64,000 nucleotides of DNA from Syntrophales bacterium (GCA_963668175.1 OY764159.1:896001-960000); one strand, 5' to 3'; numbered from the stretch's first letter, positions 9,021 through 22,457 are shown. Translations and numbers: made by a program. Notes: generated by a model not told the origin, from the letters alone.

Positions 9021-10376
9021 TTAGCCGCTGAACTTTTCGATATACCGATCCATCCTGAACTTACGGCGGAGCCCCGCTTCGTTCATATACCGGACGGTTC
9101 CGAAGATGTTCCTCTCCCGCCACGGCCGGTCGTGCTTTCCGAAGCACCAGGATATGCCGGCGAAGCTGTTCGGATCGCGGCCGTCCAGGTTGTATTTATT
9201 GTTGAGGTAAATCATCCGCTCGTAGGCTTCTTCGGGCGACGGCGACCACTCGATGATCTTCTTCCCCCAGTACATGCGCAGGTAATTGTGCATCTTTCCC
9301 GTAAGAACCATCTCTCGCTGGGCCGCGTTCCAGCAGGCGTCGTGGGTTTCGCCCCCTTCGAGTTCGCTCATGGTGTATTGGTAAGGCCGCGGGTCGGCGG
9401 CATGTTTCTGCAGGGTCTGCCTCGCCCAGGCGGGCAGGGAATCGAACCGGTCGTAGAGATCGTTATAATGCGTAAAGTTGACGGCAAGCTCCCGCCGGAC
9501 AATCAGCTCTTCGAGATAGCCCTCTTGGGCCGCTTGCGGGATGCCCTCCGCCGACTTTATCTCCAGGGCGATAAAGAGGGGGGAAATCTGCCCGAAATGC
9601 AGATAGGGGCTCATATCCGAAGTACAGCCGGAGATCGGATCGTTATGCAGCTTCGGGTAGTCCGCCAGATGGCGGCCGATGAACTCGGCCAGATGTCTCT
9701 TGGCCCGTGAAGTTCCTCCTTCGTAACGAGTGACGAAGTTCACCGTGCGGTCTATCTTCGTAGGGCAGAGTATCGTCTTAATGCTCTGCCGGAGGGTGAC
9801 GCCCGCGATCTTGAGGGAAAGCGATTCGCGGCGGGCGGGCGTTTCCGGAAGCGAAACGAGAAATTCCGGAAGGCGGCATTTGATGTGGGGTCTGAGCACC
9901 GCAGCCGAATACGCTTCCCTGTCCAGGGCTTCCTCCACGGGCACGACGGTGTCCGTTTCCACTTCCGTCATGCGGCAGGGGGCATGGTCGGCAATGTTAC
10001 GACGCCAGTCCTTCTGAAGGCGGAGGTAACCCCGGTCGGCGACAATAGCCGCCGCCTCTGCGGCCATGAGCAGGACCTCCTGTTCGATAGCTCCCCGGCG
10101 GAGGATAAACTGGATGCCCCTCTTTTCCAGTGCGGCATACATTTCCTGCAGACCTTCCAGCATGAAGGTATAATGACGGAGATTGGCTTCGGGGAATTGA
10201 TCGGTCAGCACGAACAAAACGACAAGCGGCAGGTCCAGGTCGTTGGCCTGTCCGATGGCGAATTCAAGGGCATGGTTCCATTCGGCCCTTTGAGAGGCCT
10301 GCATCCAGTAAAGAACATAGCGGCCTTTACGGACGGCGAAACGGTTGAGAAGCTTGATTCTTTGCGGCTGGATCAT
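9021..10376 (-). CDS. phrB: Class II CPD photolyase
   Basis: YVLYWM, SPYLHFGQIS, EELIVRREL, GKMHNYLRMYWGKK, LDGRDPN, HDRPW motifs. Confidence 0.92.
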   Translation of the reverse strand: MIQPQRIKLLNRFAVRKGRYVLYWMQASQRAEWNHALEFAIGQANDLDLPLVVLFVLTDQFPEANLRHYTFMLEGLQEMYAALEKRGIQFILRRGAIEQEVLLMAAEAAAIVADRGYLRLQKDWRRNIADHAPCRMTEVETDTVVPVEEALDREAYSAAVLRPHIKCRLPEFLVSLPETPARRESLSLKIAGVTLRQSIKTILCPTKIDRTVNFVTRYEGGTSRAKRHLAEFIGRHLADYPKLHNDPISGCTSDMSPYLHFGQISPLFIALEIKSAEGIPQAAQEGYLEELIVRRELAVNFTHYNDLYDRFDSLPAWARQTLQKHAADPRPYQYTMSELEGGETHDACWNAAQREMVLTGKMHNYLRMYWGKKIIEWSPSPEEAYERMIYLNNKYNLDGRDPNSFAGISWCFGKHDRPWRERNIFGTVRYMNEAGLRRKFRMDRYIEKFSG

Positions 10377-10539
10377 AGGCAGACCTTTTCGGGTTTCCGA
10401 TCATCTCTCATTTCCGCAAATCGTGATGGCAGAACTATAGGGGCGGGAACGGGCCGTGTCAATGAAAACCTGCTCGAATTGCCGTTGTCCCCCGGGAGGA
10501 TGTGATGATATATTGAGGACAAAAAAGGGAAATACGGCC

Positions 10540-10875
10540 ATGAAAGACATCTTTCCAGAACCGATTACAAGACTTCCGGAGGCCGATATGCCTCTGAAGG
10601 GTGTTCGCGCCTATCTGTCGCAGGCTGACCGGCATCAGGTCATATTCATGCAGTTCGACTGCGACGACGAGATGGCGGAACATGCCCACGCCGCCCAGGT
10701 CGGATTCGTCCTGGAGGGGAGAATCGATCTCGTCATCGACGGGACCCTGCATACGTACCGCAAGGGCGACCGGTACTATATTCCTGAAGGTGTCCGTCAT
10801 TCCGGGAAGATCTATGCCGGATACGCCCAGGTAGCCTATTTCGACGCCCCCGACCGTTACGCGGTCAAAAAATGA
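10540..10875 (+). CDS. Cupin-domain protein
   Basis: HxH-x3-Q...EG motif and YIPEGVRH cupin motif 2. Confidence 0.82.
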   Translation: MKDIFPEPITRLPEADMPLKGVRAYLSQADRHQVIFMQFDCDDEMAEHAHAAQVGFVLEGRIDLVIDGTLHTYRKGDRYYIPEGVRHSGKIYAGYAQVAYFDAPDRYAVKK

Positions 10876-10945
10876 AACGGATATGAAGATGTCTCCGCGA
10901 CCGATGCCGGGCGTCGGTTGTTAAGACGGGTTCCTTCCGGCGCCG

Positions 10946-11893
10946 TCAGGGTATAGCGCCGAAAGAGTCCAGCGCTTTCCGGAACGACTTGAGATCCCCG
11001 ATCTCCATGACCTGGATGTACTTATCGATCTTCTTGATCAAGCCGGAGAGGGTTTTCTTCGGTCCGATTTCCAGGATGGTATCGATGCCCATGGACGCCA
11101 TCTTCTCGATGGTCTCCTGCCAGCGAACCGGCGAGATGATCTGCCGTCGCAGCAGGTCGCGGGCGTTTTCCGGCGTATATAAGGCGTCGGGATCGCAGTT
11201 GGGGATGACGGGAATCTGAAAATCTCCGAAGGTGATGCGGCTGAGATTCCCCGCCAGGGATTCCGATGCCGTCTGCAACAGCCGGCAGTGGCAGGGGACG
11301 CTGATGGGCAGTTTGATGACAATAGTCGACTTGATCTCCTTGGCGGCGGCCATGACCCTTTCCACCGCGGCCGTGTGGCCGGATATGGACATCTGCCTGG
11401 GGGCGTTGAGAACCGATACGGTGACAACCTCATCCTCTTTCGCGACTTCCCGGCAGATACGGCGGACCTCCTCATCATCCAGCCCGATGACGGCGGCCAT
11501 GGCGCCGCTTCCCACGGGGACGGCATCCTGGTGATATTGGGCGCGGGCGTAGACCAAAGGAAAAAGGTCGTCCAGGCCGATGGCCCCGGCAGCGTAAATG
11601 GCGCTGTATTCGCCGAGACTGTGTCCGGCGGCTACTTGGGGAGATATCTGCAGGAATTCCTTGCACAGGGTATAGACGGCAACTTCCAGGGTCAGGATCG
11701 TGGTCTGGGTGTTCACGGTCAAGTCCAGGGCTTCCTGCGGTCCTTCGAAGCAGAGGCGCGCCATATCGAAACCGAGGCTTGCCCCGGCCCTGTCGAATAT
11801 CTCCCGCACGGATTTGAACTCCGCGTAGAGATCCCTGCCCATGCCTGTAAACTGTGTACCCTGTCCCGGGAAGACCAAAGCGAGATTACCCAT
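10946..11893 (-). CDS. fabD: Malonyl-CoA:ACP transacylase
   Basis: VFPGQG, GHSLGE nucleophile, conserved Arg, PCH His, SPVRW, EIGP. Confidence 0.92.
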   Translation of the reverse strand: MGNLALVFPGQGTQFTGMGRDLYAEFKSVREIFDRAGASLGFDMARLCFEGPQEALDLTVNTQTTILTLEVAVYTLCKEFLQISPQVAAGHSLGEYSAIYAAGAIGLDDLFPLVYARAQYHQDAVPVGSGAMAAVIGLDDEEVRRICREVAKEDEVVTVSVLNAPRQMSISGHTAAVERVMAAAKEIKSTIVIKLPISVPCHCRLLQTASESLAGNLSRITFGDFQIPVIPNCDPDALYTPENARDLLRRQIISPVRWQETIEKMASMGIDTILEIGPKKTLSGLIKKIDKYIQVMEIGDLKSFRKALDSFGAIP

Positions 11894-12025
11894 GAATACC
11901 TCTGAAGATGATGTGCTGGTAGAGGAAGTACCCTTTTTTCTTCGCCCGGTCAACCGGAAATAGCGGGAAGCGCCCGTCTTCCATGGCCGCCGCCGTTTCC
12001 AGTACCGCGCGGGAAGGGAGGAGAT

Positions 12026-12769
12026 CTATATCCGATGGCCGCCATCCACCTCGATGACGCGGCCGTTCAAGAAGTCGCATTCGATGATGAATTTGACGGC
12101 CTGGGCGATCTCCGCCATCTCCCCGAAACGGCCCGCCGGAATATGGGCACATATTTCGTCGATGATCTTCTGGCCCATCTTCGCCGTCATTTCCGTCCGG
12201 ATGTATCCCGGGGCGATGGCCGCCGAGCGGATGCCGTACGGCGCCAGTTCCTTGGCCCAGGTGACCGTCATGGCGGCGACGCCGGCCTTCGTGGCGGAGT
12301 AGTTGGTCTGCCCGTAGTTGCCGGCCCGGCTGATGGACGAGATGTTGATGATTAGGCCCTTGACCCCATGCCTGGCCATCTGGGCCGCCGCTTCACGCCC
12401 GCAGAGAAAAACGCCCGTGAGATTGACCTGCAAGACCTTATCCCAACTGGACAAGGGGAATTTTCTCAGGATTTCGCCCTTTTTCCTGACAAAGACGGCA
12501 TCCGCCGTGATGCCGGCGTTGTTGATCAGGACATCGGGCGGACCGAATCGGGCCGTATAGTCGGCAAAGAAGGCTTCCACGTCCTTTTCGTTCGTGACAT
12601 CGACGACGGCCCCTTCGATGCCAGTTTCCCGCGCCAGGGCTTCAAGGTCTTCTTTAAGAATATCGATGGCATAAGGAAAGGCACCCAACTCCTTCAACTC
12701 CTTGCCGAACTGCTTCCCCATGCCTCTGGCTCCGCCGGTGATGACGATCCTTTTTCCCTTGATATCCAT
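12026..12769 (-). CDS. fabG: SDR 3-oxoacyl reductase (FabG/PhaB-like)
   Basis: TGGARGMG, NNAG, GQTNYSATK catalytic YxxxK, PGYIxT. Confidence 0.85.
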   Translation of the reverse strand: MDIKGKRIVITGGARGMGKQFGKELKELGAFPYAIDILKEDLEALARETGIEGAVVDVTNEKDVEAFFADYTARFGPPDVLINNAGITADAVFVRKKGEILRKFPLSSWDKVLQVNLTGVFLCGREAAAQMARHGVKGLIINISSISRAGNYGQTNYSATKAGVAAMTVTWAKELAPYGIRSAAIAPGYIRTEMTAKMGQKIIDEICAHIPAGRFGEMAEIAQAVKFIIECDFLNGRVIEVDGGHRI

Positions 12770-12805
12770 GTGAGGTGCTCCTCGGTGATGATGGTCCGCT
12801 TTCGT

Positions 12806-14503
12806 TTAAATTTCATTCACGTATAGGCCCGGCGCTTTTTCCAGGGGAGGATAGGTTTTTGATCCCAGGGAGGGCGGTCTGGTCATGGCATCGCCTCTGG
12901 AAAGAAGCCACTCGCGCCAATCCGTCCACCACGATCCCCGTTTCTCCGGCTGGGAGGACTGCCAGGCATCCGGCTCCAGATCGCTGTCGCGATCGACATC
13001 GCCTGCCCAGTACTTCCGACGCGAAATCTCGGACGGCGGATTGACGATGCCGGCGATATGGCCCTCACTGGCGAGAACGTACCGCACCGGACCGCCCACG
13101 AGGCTGCAGGTTCGGAATGCAGAGCGCCAGGGGCTGATGTGATCCTGCTGCGCTCCGACGGCATACAGGGGTTGTTCGATGCAACCCAGATCGATGGGGC
13201 AGTCGCCCAGGACGACGGCGTCCTTTTTCACGAGCTTGTTGTGTAAATACAGGTCCCGCAAATAGAAGGCGCACATGGCTTCCGGCATGCGCGTGCTGTC
13301 GTCGTTCCAGAAAAGCATGTCGGACTTCGGAGGCGTTCCTCCGTAGAGATAGTTGTGGACGTAATTTCGCCAGACGAGACTGTCCGACCGGAGGAGCCGG
13401 AATGTCTGGCTGATGTATCTCGAATCAAGATAGCCGTCTGTTTTCATAAGCGATTCGATGGCTTCGATTGCTTCCTCGCTGACAAAGACGCCGATGTCGC
13501 CCGGTTCGGAAAAATCCGTCAGCGTGGAAAAAAGGCTCCAGTCGGCTATCGGGACCGGTCCCGATTCCTTCCACATCCGGTTCAGCCATGCCATCAACGC
13601 GGCCAGAACCGTGCCGCCAATGCAGTACCCCGCCGCATGAACCTGGGGGGCTTTGCAGATTTCGCCGGCCACGAGAGCGGCCTGGAGGGCTCCCTTGAGC
13701 ATGTAGTCCGTGAATGTCGTGGCGCGCATGTCTGCGGTCGGATTTTTCCAGCTCGTGATAAAGACGTTGAATCCCTGACTGCGAAGATAATGAACAAAAC
13801 TATTTTGCGCGGTAAGGTCGAAAATGTAGAATTTGTTGATCCAGGGCTGGATTAGGACGATCGGTATTGCATACGTCTTTTCCGTAACCGGCGAGTACTG
13901 GATGACCTCCAGCAGACCGTTGCGATATACGACACGCCCGTCGGAGGTCGCGATATTTTCTCCTGGCTTGAAGGCTCTGTGGTCGACAATGGTGAGCAGG
14001 CTGTCGCCCCGAAGTCCATCGTCGATCCAGTTCATGAACCCCTGCAGGACGCTTGATCCGTCGGTATCGATGAAACGCTGGACGGCCCCGGGATTCGTCC
14101 AGAAGAAGTTGGACGGGGCGATGGCGTTCAGATACTGGCTGGACCAGAATCGGGCGCGACGCCTCTCGTCTTCCCGGAGGCCCGGGACGGTATCCACAAA
14201 ATCGCGCAGCCAACTGCTGAACACGGCATAGTAACGGCGTGTCAGGGACGCGTGATTTCTGATATGGCCCATGAAATGGTCTTCATCCTCCTCCTCCGGC
14301 TGTAAGGAGGAGGCGGAACCGGAACCCTGCGGCAGTTGGTGACGAAGAACTTCCAGGTTCAAATCTTCCAGGCGGGACATGAGGTCCGCCACTTTTTGCT
14401 TCAGTTCTTCCGAGTTCTGAAGCCAGGCGTCGCAAACTTTACGGAAGGAGGATGCCGCCCCGAACGGATCGACGATCTTTTCCAGAGGGTTCATAATCCC
14501 CAT
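12806..14503 (-). CDS. phaC: Polyhydroxyalkanoate synthase (single-subunit class I/II-like)
   Basis: PSNFFWTNP N-domain, PWINKFYIFDL, SWKNP, lipase box GYCIGG, DHI (Asp), GHIAG (His), SWW, APGxYV. Confidence 0.92.
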   Translation of the reverse strand: MGIMNPLEKIVDPFGAASSFRKVCDAWLQNSEELKQKVADLMSRLEDLNLEVLRHQLPQGSGSASSLQPEEEDEDHFMGHIRNHASLTRRYYAVFSSWLRDFVDTVPGLREDERRRARFWSSQYLNAIAPSNFFWTNPGAVQRFIDTDGSSVLQGFMNWIDDGLRGDSLLTIVDHRAFKPGENIATSDGRVVYRNGLLEVIQYSPVTEKTYAIPIVLIQPWINKFYIFDLTAQNSFVHYLRSQGFNVFITSWKNPTADMRATTFTDYMLKGALQAALVAGEICKAPQVHAAGYCIGGTVLAALMAWLNRMWKESGPVPIADWSLFSTLTDFSEPGDIGVFVSEEAIEAIESLMKTDGYLDSRYISQTFRLLRSDSLVWRNYVHNYLYGGTPPKSDMLFWNDDSTRMPEAMCAFYLRDLYLHNKLVKKDAVVLGDCPIDLGCIEQPLYAVGAQQDHISPWRSAFRTCSLVGGPVRYVLASEGHIAGIVNPPSEISRRKYWAGDVDRDSDLEPDAWQSSQPEKRGSWWTDWREWLLSRGDAMTRPPSLGSKTYPPLEKAPGLYVNEI

Positions 14504-14519
14504 CCTTGGCCTGAAGCCT

Positions 14520-14768
14520 TTAATGCTTGATGCTGTCGGGATTTTCGATGAAAGTGACTATCTCTCCTATGGTTGTTTCTTCGTTCAGAAGATCGAGGGG
14601 GACCTCGATCCCGAAAGTCTCTTTGAGGTAGGTCTGTAAATTAACTGCGGCGATGGAATCCCACTCGGGTATTTCGCTCAACATCGTTTCGGGGGTGACA
14701 TCGGCGGCACTCATTTCCGGGAAGATTTCCTGGATGCCGGTCATGATTTTTTTCAGCGTTTTGCTCAT
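14520..14768 (-). CDS. acpP: Acyl carrier protein
   Basis: 82 aa, acidic, WDSIA phosphopantetheine Ser, FGIEVP; GAGGAGG RBS. Confidence 0.88.
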   Translation of the reverse strand: MSKTLKKIMTGIQEIFPEMSAADVTPETMLSEIPEWDSIAAVNLQTYLKETFGIEVPLDLLNEETTIGEIVTFIENPDSIKH

Positions 14769-14798
14769 AGAGCCCTCCTCGTAGTCGCAGAGAATTAG

Positions 14799-15779
14799 TT
14801 ACAGCCGGATAAGATTCGCCCCCCAGGAAAGTCCCCCGCCGAACGCCACGGTCAAAACGAGATTGCCTTTCGCGATAACCCCGTCCGCAATGGCCTCATC
14901 GAGCGCAACCGGGATGGATGCACTGGCCGTGTTGCCATATTTGTGAAGATTTACGAAAAACCTTTCCACCGGCATGGCAATTTCTTCAGCAATTTTGTGG
15001 ATGATATTGATGTTGGCCTGGTGGCATATGAAGCAGTCGATGTCGTTTAAATCGATACCGGCCTCCCGGCATATCTGCCGGATGATTTCCGGACCCTTGT
15101 CGATCGTAAACGAGAAAACGTCGATGCCTTTCATCTTGAAAAAGGCAAGTCTGGGATTGGTCATCTTTTCAAAGGGAAGCATGGTGCCGCCTCCGGGAAC
15201 GCAAATGGTGTCGTGCCTGCCGCCGTCCGTTTTCAGGCAGGAGCGCAGGACACCTCGGCCGGATTCATTGCCGGCCCTGAACAGAACGGCCCCGGCGCCA
15301 TCGCCGAAATAGGGATAGGTGCTGTAATCTTTTTTATTCAGGATCTTTGAGTACATTTCGGCGGCAATAAAAAGGACGTTGTCGTGGTTGCCCGATTTAA
15401 TCATGGCATCGGCGAGGGCGATGCCGTATGAACTGCCCGAACAGACGGAGTTGATATCGAAGGCAAAGGCATTCCTGGCGCCGATAAGGTGTTGCACCCG
15501 GGTCGCCGTTGCCGGCTGCATGCGGTCCGGTGATGACGTGGATACCACAACGGCTTCCAGTTCTCCGGCGGGAAAATCGGCTTTCTTCAGGCAGGCGAAG
15601 GCCGCCTGGACGGCGAGATCGGAGGTACAGATATCCTCGGGCGAGTTCCTTCTGGACAAAACGCCCGTTTTTTCACGGATAAGCGCCTGCGCCTCAAGGG
15701 AAAACTGGGTTAGATCTTCGTTGTTGATTTCAAGTTCCGGCAGATAGCTTCCCGTCGCGCAAACAACTGTGCTTCTCAT
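14799..15779 (-). CDS. fabH: 3-oxoacyl-ACP synthase III
   Basis: GSYLP, catalytic Cys (CSG), FGDGAGA, HQAN, GNTASAS, FGGGLSWG; GGAGG RBS. Confidence 0.92.
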   Translation of the reverse strand: MRSTVVCATGSYLPELEINNEDLTQFSLEAQALIREKTGVLSRRNSPEDICTSDLAVQAAFACLKKADFPAGELEAVVVSTSSPDRMQPATATRVQHLIGARNAFAFDINSVCSGSSYGIALADAMIKSGNHDNVLFIAAEMYSKILNKKDYSTYPYFGDGAGAVLFRAGNESGRGVLRSCLKTDGGRHDTICVPGGGTMLPFEKMTNPRLAFFKMKGIDVFSFTIDKGPEIIRQICREAGIDLNDIDCFICHQANINIIHKIAEEIAMPVERFFVNLHKYGNTASASIPVALDEAIADGVIAKGNLVLTVAFGGGLSWGANLIRL

Positions 15780-15881
15780 GAGGGGGACCTCCGTGGGTTT
15801 GGATGGGTTGCTGACTGAAAGGTCCTTTGCTTCGACTTCGGTTTCTCCGGAAGAGACGGTTGAGATTGGGCGGCTGCAATT

Positions 15882-15949
15882 ATTATAAAGTGCGACAAAA
15901 TTTCAACATCCGTAAAGTTCTATTTAACCACATGACGGAAATCTGTCAA
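15882..15949 (-). promoter_or_regulatory. Candidate promoter elements for the fabH-acp-phaC-fabG-fabD cluster
   Basis: Minus-strand TTGACA (15944-15949) with a weak -10, and a separate perfect TATAAT (15882-15887), in an AT-rich intergenic region. Confidence 0.35.
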
Positions 15950-16248
15950 TACCTCTTTTGCCGATTCGTCTCCGATTTCAGGTTCAGCGAGTCGGAGCTT
16001 TCTTTTATGACCGAGAGGAATACGGACATGCGTCCGGGAAATTCTGCTTCCGTTTGACAGCCTTGGGTTAGTCTGGTATAGGCATAACGTAAAATGGCAA
16101 AAGGTGGGCGGTTCATGTACCTGCCACGTCTCCATGAGGAAATAAGTGGAGGACAGGACCTGAGAAAGGGATTTTCATGACATAACCCAGACAGAATCGA
16201 GATGGGTTATCATAAGTTGTGTTTCTTTTTTGGGAAAGGAGAACTTGT

Positions 16249-17208
16249 ATGCTTTTCGGTAAGTGTTTAAAAACCGGTGTTGTGCTGCTTGCCGTACTCT
16301 TTTTCAGCGCAGGCGTCCTGGAAATGGATGCCTACGCGAGGGCGGGGAGCGGAAGGTCAATGGGAAGCAGGGGGTCGCGGTCCTACAGCTCCCCCAGCCG
16401 CTCAATCACGCCTTCGCCGACCCAGCCGTCGCGCCAGGTGGCTCCACCGATGCAGCCGGCCCCGGCTCCTGCCCCGCGGCCCAGCATGTGGCGCAGTTTT
16501 GCCTACGGAGCCCTGGGCGGCATTGTCGGCGGTATGCTTTTCAGCGGCCTCAGTCACGGATTCGGCGGTGGCGGCGGTTTCGGAGGCAGCGGTATCGGCT
16601 TTATCGAGATTCTTTTGATTGGTCTGATCCTTTACGGACTCTATCGTATCTTCAGAAAGAAGAAGGAGGAGGAAGTCTACAGCGGAGGCTATGCCCGGAC
16701 AGGGACGGACCAGCCGGTCGGACAGCCGGCATATGGGGCTCAGGATCAGGGGTATCAAGACAATCAGGTCGATGCCGGCATCGGTTATATCCGGCAGATG
16801 GATCCTTCTTTTGACGAGGGACGCTTCACGGACCAGTGTACCGATCTCTTTTTCCGTGTCCAGGGGGCGTGGGCCAACAGGGACATGTCGACTGCCCGCA
16901 GCATCCTGACCGATGAGATGTACGGTATCCTGCAAGGCGAGGCCGACAAGCTCAAGGCGGAAAAGAAGTTCAACAAGCTGGACAACATCGCGGTCCGCAA
17001 CGTCGAGATTACGGAAGTGTGGCAGGAAGCGGGGAAGGATTTCATTACCGTCAAATACCTCGCCAACCTGGTGGATTATACGGTGAGCGAGTCGGGCGAC
17101 CTTTTGGAAGGCAGCAAGACCGACCCGGTCAAATTCGAAGAGTACTGGACTTATACAAGGCCGGTGGGGAATAATCCCTGGCAGCTTTCCGCCATCAACC
17201 AGCCTTGA
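16249..17208 (+). CDS. Tim44-like domain membrane protein
   Basis: Signal peptide, ARAGxGxSxGSRGSR, Gly-rich TM segment, DPSFD...F..VQxAW, FEEYWTY; AAGGAG RBS. Confidence 0.85.
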   Translation: MLFGKCLKTGVVLLAVLFFSAGVLEMDAYARAGSGRSMGSRGSRSYSSPSRSITPSPTQPSRQVAPPMQPAPAPAPRPSMWRSFAYGALGGIVGGMLFSGLSHGFGGGGGFGGSGIGFIEILLIGLILYGLYRIFRKKKEEEVYSGGYARTGTDQPVGQPAYGAQDQGYQDNQVDAGIGYIRQMDPSFDEGRFTDQCTDLFFRVQGAWANRDMSTARSILTDEMYGILQGEADKLKAEKKFNKLDNIAVRNVEITEVWQEAGKDFITVKYLANLVDYTVSESGDLLEGSKTDPVKFEEYWTYTRPVGNNPWQLSAINQP

Positions 17209-17234
17209 TATAAGACCATCATAGGAGATTCGAG

Positions 17235-17267
17235 AAGGGCGGCTCTACAGGCCGCCTTTCTTTTTTT
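17235..17267 (+). terminator. Rho-independent terminator
   Basis: AAGGGCGGC-loop-GCCGCCTTT followed by T run. Confidence 0.75.
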
Positions 17268-17545
17268 GCCGGCTTTGCCGGGGATGCGTTGCATCGTCCC
17301 CGCATTTCCGGATCGGACGTTCCGTAGATATCTCCCTGCCGCGGCTCTTATCGGCATCCGATTTAAGTTGAGGATTCCTGCACGGTGCATCTTTTGGGTT
17401 TTCTGTTCCTCCGCGTCTGATGATGGTCTTCTGTTCCCGCCCGTCATTGCCGTCGTCGCACAGCGCCTTCGGTAACGATCCAAGGCAATCTCCGGAGCGT
17501 TTCGTTTACGGCGCAGAAGACATGGGATACGGCGTTTCCGGCAAT

Positions 17546-17580
17546 AAAAAAGGCGCCTCTCTTAAGAGAGAGGCGCCTTT
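17546..17580 (-). terminator. Rho-independent terminator of hppA
   Basis: 11-bp perfect stem GGCGCCTCTCT/AGAGAGGCGCC with A6 on the left, giving T6 on the minus strand. Confidence 0.85.
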
Positions 17581-17623
17581 GGTTAAACGAAGGTTTCTAA
17601 CCTTACCGGACCACCGATAACGG

Positions 17624-20074
<2,451 letters not shown>

Positions 20075-20665
20075 TCAAACCTCCTCATTAAAAATTTTTA
20101 TGGACTTACCATGATACTGATTCATAGCCGCCTGGATGCCAGACGACAGTAATTCCATGATAGCCATCGACGCCTCTTCTATAATATTAGGTATAAATTC
20201 CATTTCATCCTTACTGAAGAGTTCCAGCACATAGCTCTCAACCAGCCCCTTGTGCGCCGGTTTTCCAATACCCAGCCGGACACGGGTGAAATCTCCGGTG
20301 CCGCTCTGCTCGATGATAGACATCAAACCCTTATGGCCGCCGTGGCCGCCGCCTGATTTCAGACGGATCGACGGAAACGGCAGGTCCAGGTCATCATGGA
20401 CGACAATCAGATCCTGAATCCCTATCTCAAAATAGTCAATGAGCCTCTGTACCGCAAAACCGCTTAAATTCATGAATGTTTGCGGTTTAGCCAGCATGAC
20501 CGGGACAGACCCGATCTTTCCTTTGCCGTAAAAAGCGTCGAACTTCTTTTGCCCTACGGCAATATCGAACTTATCGGACAAGTGATCAATCACCAGAAAT
20601 CCGATGTTATGCCTGGTGAACCGGTATTTCGTGCCGGGGTTTCCAAGCCCGACGATAAGCTTCAT
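20075..20665 (-). CDS. pth: Peptidyl-tRNA hydrolase
   Basis: LIVGLGNPG, TRHNIGF, KPQTFMNLSG, HDDLD, GGHKG. Confidence 0.96.
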   Translation of the reverse strand: MKLIVGLGNPGTKYRFTRHNIGFLVIDHLSDKFDIAVGQKKFDAFYGKGKIGSVPVMLAKPQTFMNLSGFAVQRLIDYFEIGIQDLIVVHDDLDLPFPSIRLKSGGGHGGHKGLMSIIEQSGTGDFTRVRLGIGKPAHKGLVESYVLELFSKDEMEFIPNIIEEASMAIMELLSSGIQAAMNQYHGKSIKIFNEEV

Positions 20666-20744
20666 CTAAAACCCCCGTGAAGGCACGATTAAAAAGGACA
20701 TTTTTCTGTTCCCGTTTCCTTGGGAGGTCCCGGGGACCGGAAAA

Positions 20745-21389
20745 TTATTCCGTCACCTTCTGCTTGATGACTTCAGGTGCCTTGGGGGCCTCTCCCTCGG
20801 CTTCTTCCGCTGCCGGGGCCGCCTCTACGCGGGCGGAAATGATGGAGACGACGACGGCATCGTCGGCATCGACCACTTCGATTCCTTTGGCAACGGCTAT
20901 ATCCTTCACTTTAAGCGAGTGACCGATGTCCAGCCCGCTTATATCGATCTCGTAAAATTCCGGTACTTCCGAGGGAAGACAGGATATCTTCACCTCTCTC
21001 TTCTGGTGAAGCAGCTCGCCGCCGTTTTTGACCCCTACGGGCGTTCCCTTGAAATGCAGCGGGATATCCCATTCAATGGCCTGGTCCATTCTCACTTCGT
21101 AAAAATCGGCATGAAAGAACCGGCGGCCGAGGGGCTCCATCTGGAGTTCCTTGATAACGGAGAGTTTTTCCAGCTTCTTGCCCTGGTCTTCGATGATCAG
21201 TTTGATTAAGATATTCTCTTCCTTCTTCTTCATCAAAGCTTTGAGGTCGGCCGCACTGATCACCATGGGCATGGACTTTGACCCCGCACCGTAAAAGACG
21301 GCGGGAACGAGGCCCTGATTCCTTAACCTTCTGGCCGGTCCCTTTCCGGTTTCCTCCCGGGTCACGGCCTTTAATTCGCTGATTTCCAT
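20745..21389 (-). CDS. rplY: 50S ribosomal protein bL25 (Ctc type)
   Basis: GKGPARRLR, VPAVFYG, HADF, GVKNGG; prs-rplY-pth order. Confidence 0.95.
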   Translation of the reverse strand: MEISELKAVTREETGKGPARRLRNQGLVPAVFYGAGSKSMPMVISAADLKALMKKKEENILIKLIIEDQGKKLEKLSVIKELQMEPLGRRFFHADFYEVRMDQAIEWDIPLHFKGTPVGVKNGGELLHQKREVKISCLPSEVPEFYEIDISGLDIGHSLKVKDIAVAKGIEVVDADDAVVVSIISARVEAAPAAEEAEGEAPKAPEVIKQKVTE

Positions 21390-21407
21390 GTGTCCTCCTT
21401 AAACTGC

Positions 21408-22349
<942 letters not shown>

Positions 22350-22382
22350 CTGTTTTCCCCTTGGTGATTCTTATTCACGTAA

Positions 22383-22457
22383 TGGCTGGGGCGGGAGGAT
22401 TCGAACCTCCGTATGCAAGATCCAAATTCTTGTGTCTTACCGCTTGACGACGCCCCA
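22383..22457 (-). tRNA. tRNA-Gln(TTG)
   Basis: Reverse complement TGGGGCG...CGCCCCAGCCA, anticodon stem CAAGA/TCTTG with TTG; usual ispE-tRNA-Gln-prs position. Confidence 0.95.
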
